Shown here one piece after another: positions 1-10,930 of a stretch of 64,000 bases of DNA (positions within the stretch are counted from its first letter, which is position 1; every line of letters starts with the position of its first letter). A model generated the notes under the pieces. That model had not been told where the DNA came from. It ran no database searches and worked only from the letters and a program-made list of their open reading frames with translations. The stretch comes from Candidatus Levyibacteriota bacterium (lineage in GTDB: Bacteria > Patescibacteriota > Microgenomatia > Levybacterales > UBA12049), in the NCBI GenBank assembly GCA_016182185.1, contig JACOXU010000002.1:86874-150873 (forward strand), written 5' to 3'. Both the position numbers and the translations under genes were made by a program.

Positions 1-78
1 GAAGCAAATATCGATACGAAGAGAAAAGAGATGATTATTAAGAAAAATGCAGAGAATAATTTAGCCCCGAAGCCTATT

Positions 79-246
79 TTAATCACCTAATCCCATATCA
101 TCTATACAACCTTTGGTAATTGTTATTTCGGCAGTTACTCCGCAGCGAGTACATACTATTTCTTTATCATCAATTTTTTTACCACAAATCTTACCGTCAT
201 GGTCATGTCCTGATTTTGTACATATGCATATTGCTATAATTTTCAC
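79..246 (-). CDS. hypothetical small Cys-rich protein (55 aa, GTG start); low confidence
   Basis: Minus-strand ORF not in the track (<60 aa). It has a CxC...CxxC...C cysteine pattern and starts 5 nt after the stop of the upstream small ORF. It is antisense to track ORF 113..304. Confidence 0.2.
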   Translation of the reverse strand: MKIIAICICTKSGHDHDGKICGKKIDDKEIVCTRCGVTAEITITKGCIDDMGLGD

Positions 247-250
247 ATCC

Positions 251-415
251 TTAATGGAGTTTTACATCTGTAATTTCATATTTATCGGTAGAGAGCGTGA
301 ATAGTCTCTCATCTCGATTAAAAGCAAGTTCATAATTAACTAATTTAGCTAACTCTTTCAAAGATCCTACATATTCATCGTTAGATCTATTTTTTATTTT
401 AAATGTAATAGTCAT
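251..415 (-). CDS. hypothetical small protein (54 aa)
   Basis: The track ORF 251..439 is trimmed to the ATG at 413-415, which sits 7 nt downstream of an AAGGAGG Shine-Dalgarno (rc of 423-429). No recognisable domain. Confidence 0.35.
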   Translation of the reverse strand: MTITFKIKNRSNDEYVGSLKELAKLVNYELAFNRDERLFTLSTDKYEITDVKLH

Positions 416-486
416 AATCTTACCTCCTTTCATAACCATAAATATATATCAAATCTTGAATTTGTCAAGCATACCTATTTGAGCTA

Positions 487-515
487 TTGACACTTAAATT
501 TTCCTGTGTTAAGAT
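487..515 (+). promoter_or_regulatory. sigma70-like promoter (TTGACA-17nt-TAAGAT) upstream of the tRNA-Ala/23S/5S unit
   Basis: TTGACA lies at 487-492 and TAAGAT at 510-515 with a 17-nt spacer. A second possible -10 (TATAAT, 645-650) lies nearer the tRNA. Confidence 0.4.
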
Positions 516-695
516 GAAGATCGTGAACAATTATCATCCCGCTCGGCGGGAGATAAGAGGTAAACGAAAAGATATGACATCAAACAAAATATTTCTTTTG
601 ACCCATTACGGGTTTTTGCTGTCTTCTTAACTTTTCCCTCTTAGTATAATTTTTCAAAGTACTTTAATTTGAATCAAGTGGAATCTTGAGTAGTC

Positions 696-768
696 GGGCC
701 CGAAGTTTACCCGGTTGAACGCCTCGTTTGCAACGAGGAGGCAAGGGGTTCGATTCCCCTCGGGTCCA
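696..768 (+). tRNA. tRNA-Ala (anticodon UGC)
   Basis: Cloverleaf folded by hand. The acceptor stem is gggcccg/cgggtcc and carries the G3:U70 wobble that is the Ala identity element. The anticodon arm is cctcg-tttgcaa-cgagg (anticodon TGC), the T-arm is agggg-ttcgatt-cccct, and the discriminator is A. CCA is not encoded. Confidence 0.85.
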
Positions 769-1108
769 CAGAGATCATCCCGCCTTGGTGGGATCAGGTC
801 CACAATTGTTATCTGGTGCGTAGCGTCTGCTCCGATTAGATCGCGAGCCGCTACACACCAGATAATAAATGAGTAAAATTTGGCGGTGCGGAGCAATTCG
901 CCCTTTGGGCGAGGCTCTTTTCCACCACATCTTACTTCAAGTTTTTTAGAACTATTCGTTCACGACTTGAAGAGCGATTGTTGGCGGATGCATCGCAATC
1001 CATAGCCCTTTTGGGCGACGGATTGCTCTTTGAAAAGTGAAGAGAATCCCCGTTTAATCTGGGGTCACTCTGTTGACAGAGATTTGAACGGGGTAAAAAT
1101 GTTTTAAA

Positions 1109-1125
1109 CCCCGCCTTTGGCGGGG
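1109..1125 (+). repeat. 17-nt hairpin ccccgcctttggcgggg, copy 1 (23S 5' flank)
   Basis: Perfect 7-bp stem with a 3-nt loop. The identical 17-mer recurs at 1256-1272 and 2474-2490. Confidence 0.6.
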
Positions 1126-1255
1126 TAAATCTACTCATAATGCCGATAATGGATGCCTTGGAGGCTTTGGCCGAGGAAGGACGTATATGACGGCGATACT
1201 CGTCGGGGAGGTGTCATAAACCTTCGATCCGGCGGTTTCCGAATGGGGGAACCCC

Positions 1256-1272
1256 CCCCGCCTTTGGCGGGG
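1256..1272 (+). repeat. 17-nt hairpin ccccgcctttggcgggg, copy 2 (inside 23S domain I variable loop)
   Basis: Identical 17-mer to 1109-1125. Confidence 0.6.
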
Positions 1273-1621
1273 AGCCAAATATGAAGTTATAGCCGTAAGG
1301 CTGTATATTAGTGTTTGGCTGGGCACGGTGTGAACTGAAACATCTAAGTAACACCAGGAAAATAAATCAAATGAGATTCCCTAAGTAGCGGCGAGCGAAA
1401 TGGGAATAGTCTAAACTTCGGAGCAATCCGGAGGGTTGCAGGGCAGACAATATTCGATGTATTTTTTGTAGCAGAAGAACCCGGAATGGTTCTCCAAAGA
1501 GAGTGAAAGGCTCGTATGCGAAACAAAAGATACCGATAGTTTGTACCTAAGTACCATGGGGTACGGTGAAACCCTGTGGGAATCTGGGACGTCCACGTTC
1601 CAAGACTAAATACCAAAGTCT

Positions 1622-1660
<39 letters not shown>

Positions 1661-1736
1661 CACCCCGGAAGGGGAATGAAATAGATCTGAAATTGTCGGC
1701 TAACAAGCAGAGAAAGCTTGTCCTTTGGACAAGGCT

Positions 1737-1767
1737 AAATTTCTAATTTCTAATTTCTAATTTCTAA
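1737..1767 (+). repeat. tandem heptamer repeat (tttctaa)x4 inside the 23S expansion segment
   Basis: aaatttctaatttctaatttctaatttctaaac. It belongs to a ~100-nt AT-rich insertion in 23S that also contains aattag-type repeats. Confidence 0.7.
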
Positions 1768-2357
1768 ACAAATTCCAATTTTGAAAAATCCAAAAGTTTA
1801 GATCAATTAGTAATTAGTTCAATTAGGTTAATTTATCCTCGCCCAGAGGGCGAGTGATCTCGTGCCTATTGAAGAATGAACCGGTGAGTTATTGATTGCA
1901 GCATAGTTTAACCAAGTAAGACTTGGGAAGACGTAGTGAAAGCATGGCCTAATTGGCCGATTAGTTGCAGTCAGTAGACCCGAAACCGGGTGAGCTAACC
2001 TTGGGCAGGGTGAACCCCATCGAAAGTTGGGGGGAGGCCCGAACCCGTATCTGTAGCAATAGGTTGGGATGACCTGAGGTTAGGGGCAATATGCCTAACG
2101 AACCCGGAGATAGCTGGTTCTCCCCGAAATATATCTAGGTATAGCGGGATATTACATCAACCTGGGGGTAGAGCACTGAATGGCCTTCGGCGGGGCAACC
2201 TGTCGAGTCCAATCAAACTCCGAATACCAGAAATTGTTGATATCCTAGTCAGACTGTTCGGGCTAAGCTGATCAGTCGAAAGGGAAACAGCCCAGACTCT
2301 CATCTAAGGTCTCTAAATAAAGACTAAGTTTTGAAGGAAGTCAAGTTCCATAGACAA

Positions 2358-2388
<31 letters not shown>

Positions 2389-2473
2389 TAAAGATAGCGT
2401 AACAGCTCACTGGAGGATGGTACTTGGCGCCGAAAATTTATCGAGGATTAAGTCTTTTACCGAAGATAGAGAT

Positions 2474-2490
2474 CCCCGCCTTTGGCGGGG
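2474..2490 (+). repeat. 17-nt hairpin ccccgcctttggcgggg, copy 3 (inside 23S)
   Basis: Identical 17-mer. It occupies a helix tip that is variable in E. coli. Confidence 0.6.
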
Positions 2491-3692
2491 GTGGTAGGGG
2501 AGCGTTCTGTTTGTAGCGAAGCTGTGCTGTAAGGCATGGTGGAACGGACAGAAGTGAGAATGCCGGTATGAGTAGCGAAATGCCGATGAGAAGTCGGCAC
2601 GCCGAATACCCAAGGTTTCCTCCGCAATGTAAGTCAGCGGAGGGTTAGTCGGCCCTAAGGGTGTCCCGTGAATAATTGCGGGGTAGCCCGATGGACAAGT
2701 CGTTGAAATTCGACTACATGGGGAAATGCGTTATTACTCAAGGATCGACCGGACTGGAAAAAAGATGCCCTGCCTCGGCGGGGTCTAAGCCATAAAGCAG
2801 TTTTGATTGGTAAATCCGTCTAAACGTTTTAACTGAGTGGCGATGGTGAAGATTCTAGATTCTAGAATTTAAGATTTTCTTTTTCAGTTTGCAAGAAATG
2901 ATTCGTGAGGAGTGTTTTTCTATGCCGTACCGCAAACCGACACAGGTGGGTTGGTCGAGAAGACTAAGGCGATCGGGAGAAGGATGGTCAAGGAACTCGG
3001 CAAAAAAGCTGGGCGTAACCTTTGGGAGATGCCCTGCCCGGTTAATCCGGGCTACAACAAAAGATTGCTTAGCGACTGTTTATCTAAAACACAGGCCTCT
3101 GCAAAACCGAAAGGTAAAGTATAGGGGCTGACGCCTGCCCAGTGCTGGCAAGTCAAATATCGAGAATGAAGTTCGCAAGAATCAGTTTTTGATATAAGCT
3201 CCAGTAAACGGCAGCAGTAACTATAACTGTTCTATGGTAGCGAAGTTCCTTGTCGGGCGAGTTCCGACCCGCACGAAAGGCAGAACGACTGAGCAACTGT
3301 CTTGATCATCTACCCGGCGAAATTGAGATGGCCGTGAAGACGCGGCCTAGTTGTCCTTAGCCCCCTCTTTCTGTGTTTGAGTCTAGACTAATAATCTTTG
3401 GTTCGAACCTAGAAAGAGGGGGCATAAGTGAAATACCTCTCTTTGAATTGAGTAATCATCACCTCTTTGCCGCATAAAAATCCGGCAGAGGGACAGTGTC
3501 TGGTGGGCAGTTTAACTGGGGAGGTTGACTCCTAAAGAGCAACGGAGTTGCACAAAGGTTGGCTATCCGCCGAAAGAAATGGCGGAGATAGTGTAAAGGC
3601 ATAAGCCAGCTTGACTGCGAGACCTACAAGTCGAGCAGATGCGAAAGCAGGTCTTAGTGATCCTCCGTAGCGTAGTGGTACGCTCGGAGCTT

Positions 3693-3725
<33 letters not shown>

Positions 3726-3801
3726 GATCGCATCCAAGCGTCCACAGCGACGATGCGGTTTGGCACCTCGATGTCGGCTCATCCTATCCTGGGGCTGAAG
3801 A

Positions 3802-3834
<33 letters not shown>

Positions 3835-4005
3835 AGGGTACGCGAGCTGGGTTAAGAACGTCGTGAGACAGTTCGGACTCTATCCAGGACAACCGTTTGA
3901 GATTTGAGGAGATCCGTTCCTAGTACGAGAGGACTGGAATGGGGGAATCCCTGGTGTGCCAGTTGTTCCTTATAAGGGCAGCGCTGGGTAGCTATATTCC
4001 CAACT

Positions 4006-4036
<31 letters not shown>

Positions 4037-4385
4037 AGCCTCCAAGATAAGATCTCGTTTTTCCCGCCCTCGGGTGGGATTAGACCCCTTGTAGACTACA
4101 AGGTTGATAGGCGGGCGGTGGAAGTGCCGTAAGGTATTGAGCCTACCCGTACTAATGGTCGAGAGTAGATTAAACCCTACACATCTTACCATTCGTCTTA
4201 GTTCATTTGAACTGCGACTTATGGAGCGATTGTTGAGGGGCAAAGCATTTTCTCTTCACTTTTGAGCGAGTCGATTGACGAGCGAAACCCGCCATGAATC
4301 GCAGTATGAGGCGTGAATGAATAATTCTGGAAAGCCGAATGCTAAGATGAGGAGGGTCGAGTACTTTAACTTTTGAAGAAAGAAA

Positions 4386-4501
4386 TTCCTTGGTGATTGG
4401 AGCGATGTGGCAACACCTTTTCCCATTCCGAACAGAGAAGTGAAACGCATCAGCGCCCACGATACTATCTTTTTGATGGGACAATGGGTCATTGCCAGGG
4501 G
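4386..4501 (+). rRNA. rrf: 5S rRNA
   Basis: ccgaacagagaagtgaaacgcatcagcgcc matches the conserved 5S loop B/helix III (E. coli: ccgaactcagaagtgaaacgccgtagcgcc). The terminal helix is ccttgg...ccaggg, followed by a T-run (gatttttttcttc) that is a likely terminator. Confidence 0.8.
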
Positions 4502-4569
4502 ATTTTTTTCTTCAAAACCCCAAATTCAACTTTATTGCTTTATTCAAATAAGATTGTTACTATTCATTC

Positions 4570-5232
4570 ATGGTCATTTCGCATAGAGGAAAAGGGACTG
4601 GGGAGAAGGAGAATTCGATTGCGGCTTTTGAAAAGGCTCTGAAGATGGGAGCTGGAGGAATCGAATGCGATGCAAGAGTAGCCTTTAATAATCAAGTTGT
4701 AATTACCCACGATAAAGTTTCAAAAAACGAAAAAAATTTGCTTACCCTTCGAGAATTTTTGACATTTGCAAAGAAAACAAAAGCCTCTTTTTTTATTGAG
4801 CTTAAGAATTCTTCTCCAATTTTGGCCGAAAAAATCACAGAAGAAATCCAAAAAGAAAATCTTTGGGACAAAGTCCACTTGATTGGTTTTTCAATTATGA
4901 TTAAATCAGCCTTAAAACTTCAGAATAAATATCCAAAACTCAGAGTTATTCCATTCGTGAACGTTCCAATTCTTTCTTTTATAAAAATTCCATCCAGGAG
5001 CTACGGCCTTTTTTTAGGATGGATAGAGCAGTGGCGGGGAAGCAGGTTCCTATTTCAAAATTTAATAAGACCGGGAATTTTGAAAAAATTAAGACGGCGT
5101 TATGAAGAAAACGGATTCAAAGTTATAGCAGGGGTAATAAACGATAAGAAAGGTTTACAATATTTCAAAAATGCAGGAATTACAGATATCGTAACCGACG
5201 AACTAAAACTCGCCTCAAGAATCCTGAAATAA
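4570..5232 (+). CDS. glycerophosphodiester phosphodiesterase (GDPD/UgpQ family)
   Basis: N-terminal HRG motif and ENSIAAFEKAL...G..IECD...V.THD, typical of the GDPD family. Confidence 0.6.
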   Translation: MVISHRGKGTGEKENSIAAFEKALKMGAGGIECDARVAFNNQVVITHDKVSKNEKNLLTLREFLTFAKKTKASFFIELKNSSPILAEKITEEIQKENLWDKVHLIGFSIMIKSALKLQNKYPKLRVIPFVNVPILSFIKIPSRSYGLFLGWIEQWRGSRFLFQNLIRPGILKKLRRRYEENGFKVIAGVINDKKGLQYFKNAGITDIVTDELKLASRILK

Positions 5233-5237
5233 TTGCG

Positions 5238-6158
5238 CTAAGATGTCTCCCTGTAGTGGTCCATAAGTGCTTTTAGTATTTTATTATATTGGATCATTTC
5301 GGCAAGATTGGCAACGTTACCATCGGAGTTTAAGATTGAATAATCTTCTTCTAAATAATCTATCGTTTCGCCTTCAATCTCAAGCTTTAATGAATACAAT
5401 GGTCCAAGACTTCCTCCAGCGGAGTATCTTGTTGCCCATACAATTATTTTTTTTCCTTTTAATGTGAGGGGTACGCGACTGGATTCATCATACGCATATT
5501 CATTTTTGACTTCCGTACCTTTTTTGGCATCTTCGATTTCAAAAATTTTCCTGAACTGTTCTTCAAGTCTGTCTTGTTCTTTGTATAGTTCTTCCAGATA
5601 ATGTTTGTCCGCTCGAATAATTGCATTGCGTAGGGCTTGGGCAAGCCTTTCCTGATTTGAATTTGCTTGTTTTGATCCTCTAGGTTTTCTTGATTCTGCG
5701 GAATAATAATCATGAAGAGAATTCAAAATTTCCATGTACTCTCGAAACTCTTCATTATTTGCCGATTCTTCGTTCGCATTATGAATATGAGATTCAGTAC
5801 TGCTGAAATAGTCTAATGGTTCGCCCCATGTGCCAATTTTTAAACTTAATTCAGGAGCGTATGGGCCAAATTCGTATTCTTGTCCGGAATATTCGACAGT
5901 ATGCGCGTCTGGAGAATAAGACCATTGCATCCAAACACTTAAGTTCCCGTTATTTGTTTTTATTTTAACAGGGTTGGTTTTTAACACCTGTTTTCCATCT
6001 TCAGCTACAGCAGTCGTTATTCCTTTTATTTCGAAGATTTTTATACAAAGAGGCAAGAACTCTGTTTGTCTTTCTCTACTTCTCTCATCATAGGAAATAG
6101 CTTTATAGTCCGCGACATCTTGGAGCGCCGAGGTAAGTATTTCTTTACTCATGTCCAA
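5238..6158 (-). CDS. hypothetical protein (306 aa)
   Basis: Long intact ORF with no motif I can name. Confidence 0.45.
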   Translation of the reverse strand: MDMSKEILTSALQDVADYKAISYDERSRERQTEFLPLCIKIFEIKGITTAVAEDGKQVLKTNPVKIKTNNGNLSVWMQWSYSPDAHTVEYSGQEYEFGPYAPELSLKIGTWGEPLDYFSSTESHIHNANEESANNEEFREYMEILNSLHDYYSAESRKPRGSKQANSNQERLAQALRNAIIRADKHYLEELYKEQDRLEEQFRKIFEIEDAKKGTEVKNEYAYDESSRVPLTLKGKKIIVWATRYSAGGSLGPLYSLKLEIEGETIDYLEEDYSILNSDGNVANLAEMIQYNKILKALMDHYRETS

Positions 6159-6195
6159 ATATTATAGGCTTTATTGTAGGGAAAGTCAAGGAAGA

Positions 6196-6843
6196 TTACT
6201 TATTTTTGTCGATAACAAACCTCTTGATAATAAAATACCCGGTTCCGAGGAAAAATAAAGCTCCTACTGCAATGATCACAGATTTACCAAAGACTGTCCT
6301 GAAAAGCTGTTCGCCAAAATAAAAGATAGCAATATCAGGAAGAGAGGCAAGAAGAGTTGCGAGAAAAAATTTGGGAAAACTTATTCTTGTCAACCCGGCT
6401 GCATAGCTTGAAAAATCCATTACGGGTACTGTAAAAAGCCTTATGGCAAGAATTGCTGCAAATCTTTTTCGTTCTGAAAGCTCGCCTTCAAGTTTGTGTA
6501 ATTTTTTAAGAGGAACGAACTTGGCAACTAATGGTTCTTTGAATCTTCTGGCCAGCCAAAAACTGATTGAAGTGCCAATCAAAATTCCAGTTAGTGTATA
6601 AAGATAGGTTTTGAGCCAGCCAAATACGGGAACTACAGCAAAAGAAACAACCCCTGCCGGAACAGCAGGAACTATAATTCCTATTACTCTCCAAACTATA
6701 AGAAGGACAGGTCCAATAAAAGGATTGTTTTCAATAATTTTTACCAGGTTATCAATATAATTATTTGACAGAATATAGATAATAAAAACTATTAAAATAA
6801 ACGATATTGAAATTGCAAAAATAGGAATATGCGTTTTTCCCAT
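6196..6843 (-). CDS. DedA/TVP38/TMEM64-family membrane protein
   Basis: Multi-TM protein with a VPAVPAGVVSFAVVPVFG glycine-rich DedA-type motif. Confidence 0.55.
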   Translation of the reverse strand: MGKTHIPIFAISISFILIVFIIYILSNNYIDNLVKIIENNPFIGPVLLIVWRVIGIIVPAVPAGVVSFAVVPVFGWLKTYLYTLTGILIGTSISFWLARRFKEPLVAKFVPLKKLHKLEGELSERKRFAAILAIRLFTVPVMDFSSYAAGLTRISFPKFFLATLLASLPDIAIFYFGEQLFRTVFGKSVIIAVGALFFLGTGYFIIKRFVIDKNK

Positions 6844-7047
6844 AAATTTACTTAATTATATCATTTAATCTAGCGCAGAAATGTATATTTGTATTGACTA
6901 AATCTTTTATAAATAGGTCAATACTATATTTAATGAATAAATTAAATGAACATTCATAAATTCCCCTAAAAGTACTTAAATTCTAATTGTTCTGGTTTTT
7001 ATTTTGTGATAGAATGGTCTTATCTTGAATTAAGGGGGAATAAATGA

Positions 7048-8235
7048 GTGGCAGTCAAAAATCAAAAATCTCAAACATCATCAAGTAAACCTCGGACCCG
7101 TTCGGTAAACACAGGTCATTCGAATCTGAGGGAAGAGCCCTCAGGCTCAGACTCGAAGAGGTCAATAACAATGGCAGAGCTCTTGGCAGCTCAAAAAACT
7201 TCGTTTGTTTCTGTAGCTAAAGGCGCAATTATTCCTGGTGTAATTACTAAGCTTACTCCATCTGAAATTCTGGTGGACATAAATACCAAGGCAGAAGCAG
7301 TTGTTCTTGAAAAGGATAAAAAGATTTTAAATGCGCTTTTATCATCTCTTTCTGTTGGAGACAGGGTAACAGTTCAAATTTTAAATCCGGAATCAGAGAT
7401 GGGTTTTCCGGTTGTTTCTCTTCGCAGATTTTTGGATGATAAGCTTTGGAAAAAAATAATTGAGTATAAAGAAAAAAAAGAAGTTTTGGAGATTACGGTT
7501 AACGATGTAGTAAGGGGAGGTTTTTTGGTTTCAACAAGTGACGGCATATCTGGTTTTCTTCCTAATTCCCAAGTCTCTTTTGCATCGCAAATTCCTGAGG
7601 CAGGAGAAGATTCTAGGAATTTAATTGGCCAAAATTTGAAGGCGATAATACTCGAAACCGACCGCACTAGTCACAAAATTATTTTTTCCCAAAGCCATGC
7701 AATTGAATCAAAAGATTTTGATAGAACAATCAGGAATTTGAAACGTGGGCAAAAAATCGAAGGGATGGTTACCAATGTTTCTCAATTTGGATTATTTATT
7801 TTGGTGCCGGTAGACGAAAATCAAATCGATGGATTTGTCCATATATCTGATGTGTCGTGGAACAAAATCTCAGACCTTGAGTCTATGTATAAAAGTGGAG
7901 ACTCAATTGAAGCTTCGATAACGGGAATAGACAAAGAGGCAAGGAGAATAAATCTTTCCATAAAGGTACTTGAAGAGGATCCATTCAAAAAACAGGTAAG
8001 CGGCTTTTCGGTTGACAAAAAAATTAAAGCTAGAATCGAAAAAATTTCAGCAACTGGATTAGTTTTGGATCTCGGAGATGATATTAAGGGAATAATCAGA
8101 AAAGACAAAATTCCACCCAATGTAAGCTACAGAGAAGGAGAAGAAATTGATGCTGTGGTGTCATTAATAGATGAAGGAAAGCGTCGAATTATTCTCGTAC
8201 CTGCTTTAAAAGAAAAGCCAATCGGATACAGATAA
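7048..8235 (+). CDS. rpsA: 30S ribosomal protein S1 (four S1 domains)
   Basis: Repeated S1 OB-fold signatures (G..V.G.V..V..FG.F...). The true start may be an internal Met near 7162. Confidence 0.8.
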   Translation: MAVKNQKSQTSSSKPRTRSVNTGHSNLREEPSGSDSKRSITMAELLAAQKTSFVSVAKGAIIPGVITKLTPSEILVDINTKAEAVVLEKDKKILNALLSSLSVGDRVTVQILNPESEMGFPVVSLRRFLDDKLWKKIIEYKEKKEVLEITVNDVVRGGFLVSTSDGISGFLPNSQVSFASQIPEAGEDSRNLIGQNLKAIILETDRTSHKIIFSQSHAIESKDFDRTIRNLKRGQKIEGMVTNVSQFGLFILVPVDENQIDGFVHISDVSWNKISDLESMYKSGDSIEASITGIDKEARRINLSIKVLEEDPFKKQVSGFSVDKKIKARIEKISATGLVLDLGDDIKGIIRKDKIPPNVSYREGEEIDAVVSLIDEGKRRIILVPALKEKPIGYR

Positions 8236-8248
8236 CAATTTAATATTT

Positions 8249-9556
8249 ATGAAATTATCGACCTCATTTGTCTGTCAGGAATGCGGATATGAGTCGCCCA
8301 AATTTTTAGGGAAATGTCCTGAGTGCGGAGAATGGAACAGTCTTCGGGAAATAAAAATTGAAAGCAAAGCTTTAAAAATATCAGGCAGAAAAGAAAGCGC
8401 ATCTGTTAAAAAACTTTCAGAAATTAAACTCGAAGAAAAACAAAGACTTCTGACTGGATTTTCTGAAATGGACGGTGTATTGGGCGGAGGAATAGTTAAG
8501 GGCAGCGTGATTCTTTTGGCCGGAGATCCTGGGATTGGAAAATCAACACTTCTTCTTCAGGTGAGTTTAAATTTAGCCAAGAAAAGTAAAATTTTATATA
8601 TATCCGGTGAAGAATCAGAGGGGCAAATAAAACTTCGAGCAAAAAGAATTACAAAAGAAACGAATCAGGCTGATTTTTTTCTCGTTTCAGAAACTAATAC
8701 GGATTCCATTTCTTCAATTGTGCAGCAACTTGAACCAGCTTTGATAATTGTCGATTCAATACAGACGATGGAATCTGAGAATCTCTCCGGTCTTTCAGGA
8801 AGCGTAGGACAGGTAAGGTATGCCGCTTCTCAGTTTATCAAAATAGCCAAAAATCTGAATATTCCAATTATTATCGTTGGTCATGTGACTAAAGAGGGAA
8901 TGGTGGCAGGACCCATGGTCTTGTCTCATATGGTTGATACTGTTTTGTTTCTTGAAGGGGAGAAATTTACTTCAACCAGAATTTTAAGGAGTCTTAAAAA
9001 TAGATTCGGTCCGGTAGATGAAGTTGGAATCTTTGCAATGGAGGAGAAAGGGTTGGCAGAAGTAAGAAATCCCGAGCAATATTTCTTGGGCAAAAAAGAT
9101 GAAAACTCACCCGGGTCAGTATTGGTAGCCACTCTTGAGGGATCAAGGCCTTTCTTGGTTGAAATACAGGCCCTGGTGGTGTTCTCAAAACTTCCGATGC
9201 CAAGAAGAGTAACGTCTGGGATTGACTACAAGAGACTCGAACTTCTTTTGGCGGTTCTTCAGAAACATTGCCGGCTTCCTTTGGATACCATGGATGTTTT
9301 TGTAAATGTGGCAGGAGGACTAAAATTGGCAGACAGAGCAGCAGATCTTGGAATTTGTCTTGCAATATTTTCAAGCTTCAAGAATATTCCGCTTCCCAAA
9401 ACAGTGGGAATTGCAGAAGTAGGTTTATTGGGCGAGCTTCGAACTGTTCCATTTCTTGAAAAGAGGGTAAAAGAGGCAAAAAAACTCGGATTCAAAAATA
9501 TCTTCAGTAGCAGCGAAAAATCACTTTTGAATGTACTAAATTTTATAAGCAAATAA
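8249..9556 (+). CDS. radA: DNA repair protein RadA/Sms
   Basis: N-terminal C4 zinc finger (CQECGYESPKFLGKCPECGEWNS), RecA-like Walker A (GDPGIGKSTLLLQ), and a C-terminal Lon-protease-like domain. Confidence 0.9.
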   Translation: MKLSTSFVCQECGYESPKFLGKCPECGEWNSLREIKIESKALKISGRKESASVKKLSEIKLEEKQRLLTGFSEMDGVLGGGIVKGSVILLAGDPGIGKSTLLLQVSLNLAKKSKILYISGEESEGQIKLRAKRITKETNQADFFLVSETNTDSISSIVQQLEPALIIVDSIQTMESENLSGLSGSVGQVRYAASQFIKIAKNLNIPIIIVGHVTKEGMVAGPMVLSHMVDTVLFLEGEKFTSTRILRSLKNRFGPVDEVGIFAMEEKGLAEVRNPEQYFLGKKDENSPGSVLVATLEGSRPFLVEIQALVVFSKLPMPRRVTSGIDYKRLELLLAVLQKHCRLPLDTMDVFVNVAGGLKLADRAADLGICLAIFSSFKNIPLPKTVGIAEVGLLGELRTVPFLEKRVKEAKKLGFKNIFSSSEKSLLNVLNFISK

Positions 9557-9559
9557 AAT

Positions 9560-10333
9560 ATGGCAAAGAAAAAGATTGTTAAAAAGAAAGAAAAAGATAT
9601 AGAAAGACATCTATCTCCTTTTTCCCCGAAGGTTGTTGGTCTTATTGCAGATGAGGTGGCAAAAACAGTAGTAAGACGACTCACTCCATTTAGACGCACA
9701 AAGAAGAGAAAAAAGACCAAAAAGATCGAAAACGCAATGTTTCTCGACACTTCGGCAATAATAGACGGAAGAATATTTGATGTGATAAGTCTTGGTCTTT
9801 TTTATGGAACATTCGTAATTCTTGAAAGCATACTTCTTGAGCTTAAGCATATTGCTGATTCCCAAGATACGGTAAGAAGGGAAAGGGGAAGAAAGGGGCT
9901 CGAACTTTTGGACAAAGCCAAGAAGGCAAAAAAAATAAAATTTGTCATTATGCCGGATGAAAAGAGTGAACTTAAAGAAAGAAATCTCAAAGAGGTTGAT
10001 GAAAGACTTATTCATGCAGCCCGCGTCAATAAGGGGAAAATAATCACCTGTGATTACAATTTGGAGAAAAAAGCAAATATCAGCGGAATCTCTGCTATCA
10101 ATATGAATACTTTAGCTTCCTCGCTTAAAGTTCGTGCGGTCCCAGGAGAAGCCCTTCACATCAAAATTTTGCATACGGGAAAAGAATCAACACAAGGAGT
10201 GGGTTATTTGGATGATGGAACAATGATTGTAGTTGAAAATGCAAGTTCTGAGTTAGGGAAGGCGATAGACGTTCTGGTAGCAAGAGTTATTCAGACGACC
10301 GCTGGAAGAATCTTATTTGCGAAGAAAATTTAA
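9560..10333 (+). CDS. yacL: PIN/TRAM-domain protein (YacL-like)
   Basis: A PIN domain (LDTSAIIDGRI) plus a C-terminal TRAM domain (GEALHIKILHTGKESTQGVGYLDDGTMIVVENA...). It sits in the conserved radA-yacL/disA neighbourhood. Confidence 0.7.
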   Translation: MAKKKIVKKKEKDIERHLSPFSPKVVGLIADEVAKTVVRRLTPFRRTKKRKKTKKIENAMFLDTSAIIDGRIFDVISLGLFYGTFVILESILLELKHIADSQDTVRRERGRKGLELLDKAKKAKKIKFVIMPDEKSELKERNLKEVDERLIHAARVNKGKIITCDYNLEKKANISGISAINMNTLASSLKVRAVPGEALHIKILHTGKESTQGVGYLDDGTMIVVENASSELGKAIDVLVARVIQTTAGRILFAKKI

Positions 10334-10340
10334 TTTTAGA

Positions 10341-10385
10341 AGAGGTAGGAATCCCTGCCCAAGACTCCTACCTCGTCTAAAATTT
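10341..10385 (+). terminator. putative intrinsic terminator after the yacL-like gene
   Basis: 9-bp stem gaggtagga/tcctacctc followed by a weak T-tract (gtctaaaatttg). Confidence 0.3.
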
Positions 10386-10930
10386 GTAAATATACGAATT
10401 TTTTTTCTTAAAATATCAAACTATATCAAGAAAAACTCTAATTTTTAGCTTCATCAATTTTCCTTGACAATTTTTTTTATTTTTGATAATAACTTAATAA
10501 GGCAAATAGTTTTATTTCCTGCCTAGGAACTAGTTGCCGTTTTTCGCAAGAGCATTGCTTATCGTACCTGAAATTATCATTGTGTGTAACGAAAGCGATG
10601 CTCTTTTTTCGCTATACTTACAAAAGTGCAATTGGTACTGAAAGCCCTCTTTTAAGAAGAGCCTTAAACTGCTCCCTGCCCTGTTTTACGAGCAATTCCT
10701 GTTTGTAATCCATTACCTGCTTATTTACAGTTCTCCTTTTTAATTTTAAAAAATTAAGGCTCATATCTAAAAGTATTTTATCACACCTTGTCAAGTCCTG
10801 TCAATCCTATAGCCTAAAATAAGACCAAATATTTCTAGTCTCATAGTAAAATATAGATAGATTAGATTGATTTTACAGCCCTTTGTATTTTCCATGGAAA
10901 AATGTGGATAACTTGTTGGAAACTTTATGC

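Noticed and set aside
654-896. Track ORF (80 aa, minus strand) overlapping the tRNA-like region; I also considered a tmRNA because of a GGTTCGATTCC T-loop.
   Set aside because: The region folds cleanly as tRNA-Ala(UGC) with G3:U70, so the ORF is antisense to a tRNA and the rRNA leader. No tmRNA 5' acceptor half or tag ORF is present.
5459-5713. Nested or antisense track ORFs inside long CDS (for example 5459..5713, 6506..6694, 7374..7667, 8994..9374, 9259..9750, 25642..26196, 60686..61276, 62157..62657).
   Set aside because: Each lies within and opposite to, or out of frame with, a longer ORF that has clear conserved domains. They are chance ORFs.
10530-10700. Possible third, degenerate copy of the RPE-like element (gctccctgccctgtttt, cgcaagagcattgctt/aagcgatgctctt palindrome).
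   Set aside because: Similarity to the two clear copies is patchy and judged by eye only, so it is not reported as a feature. It is mentioned under the RPE-like finding as something to test.
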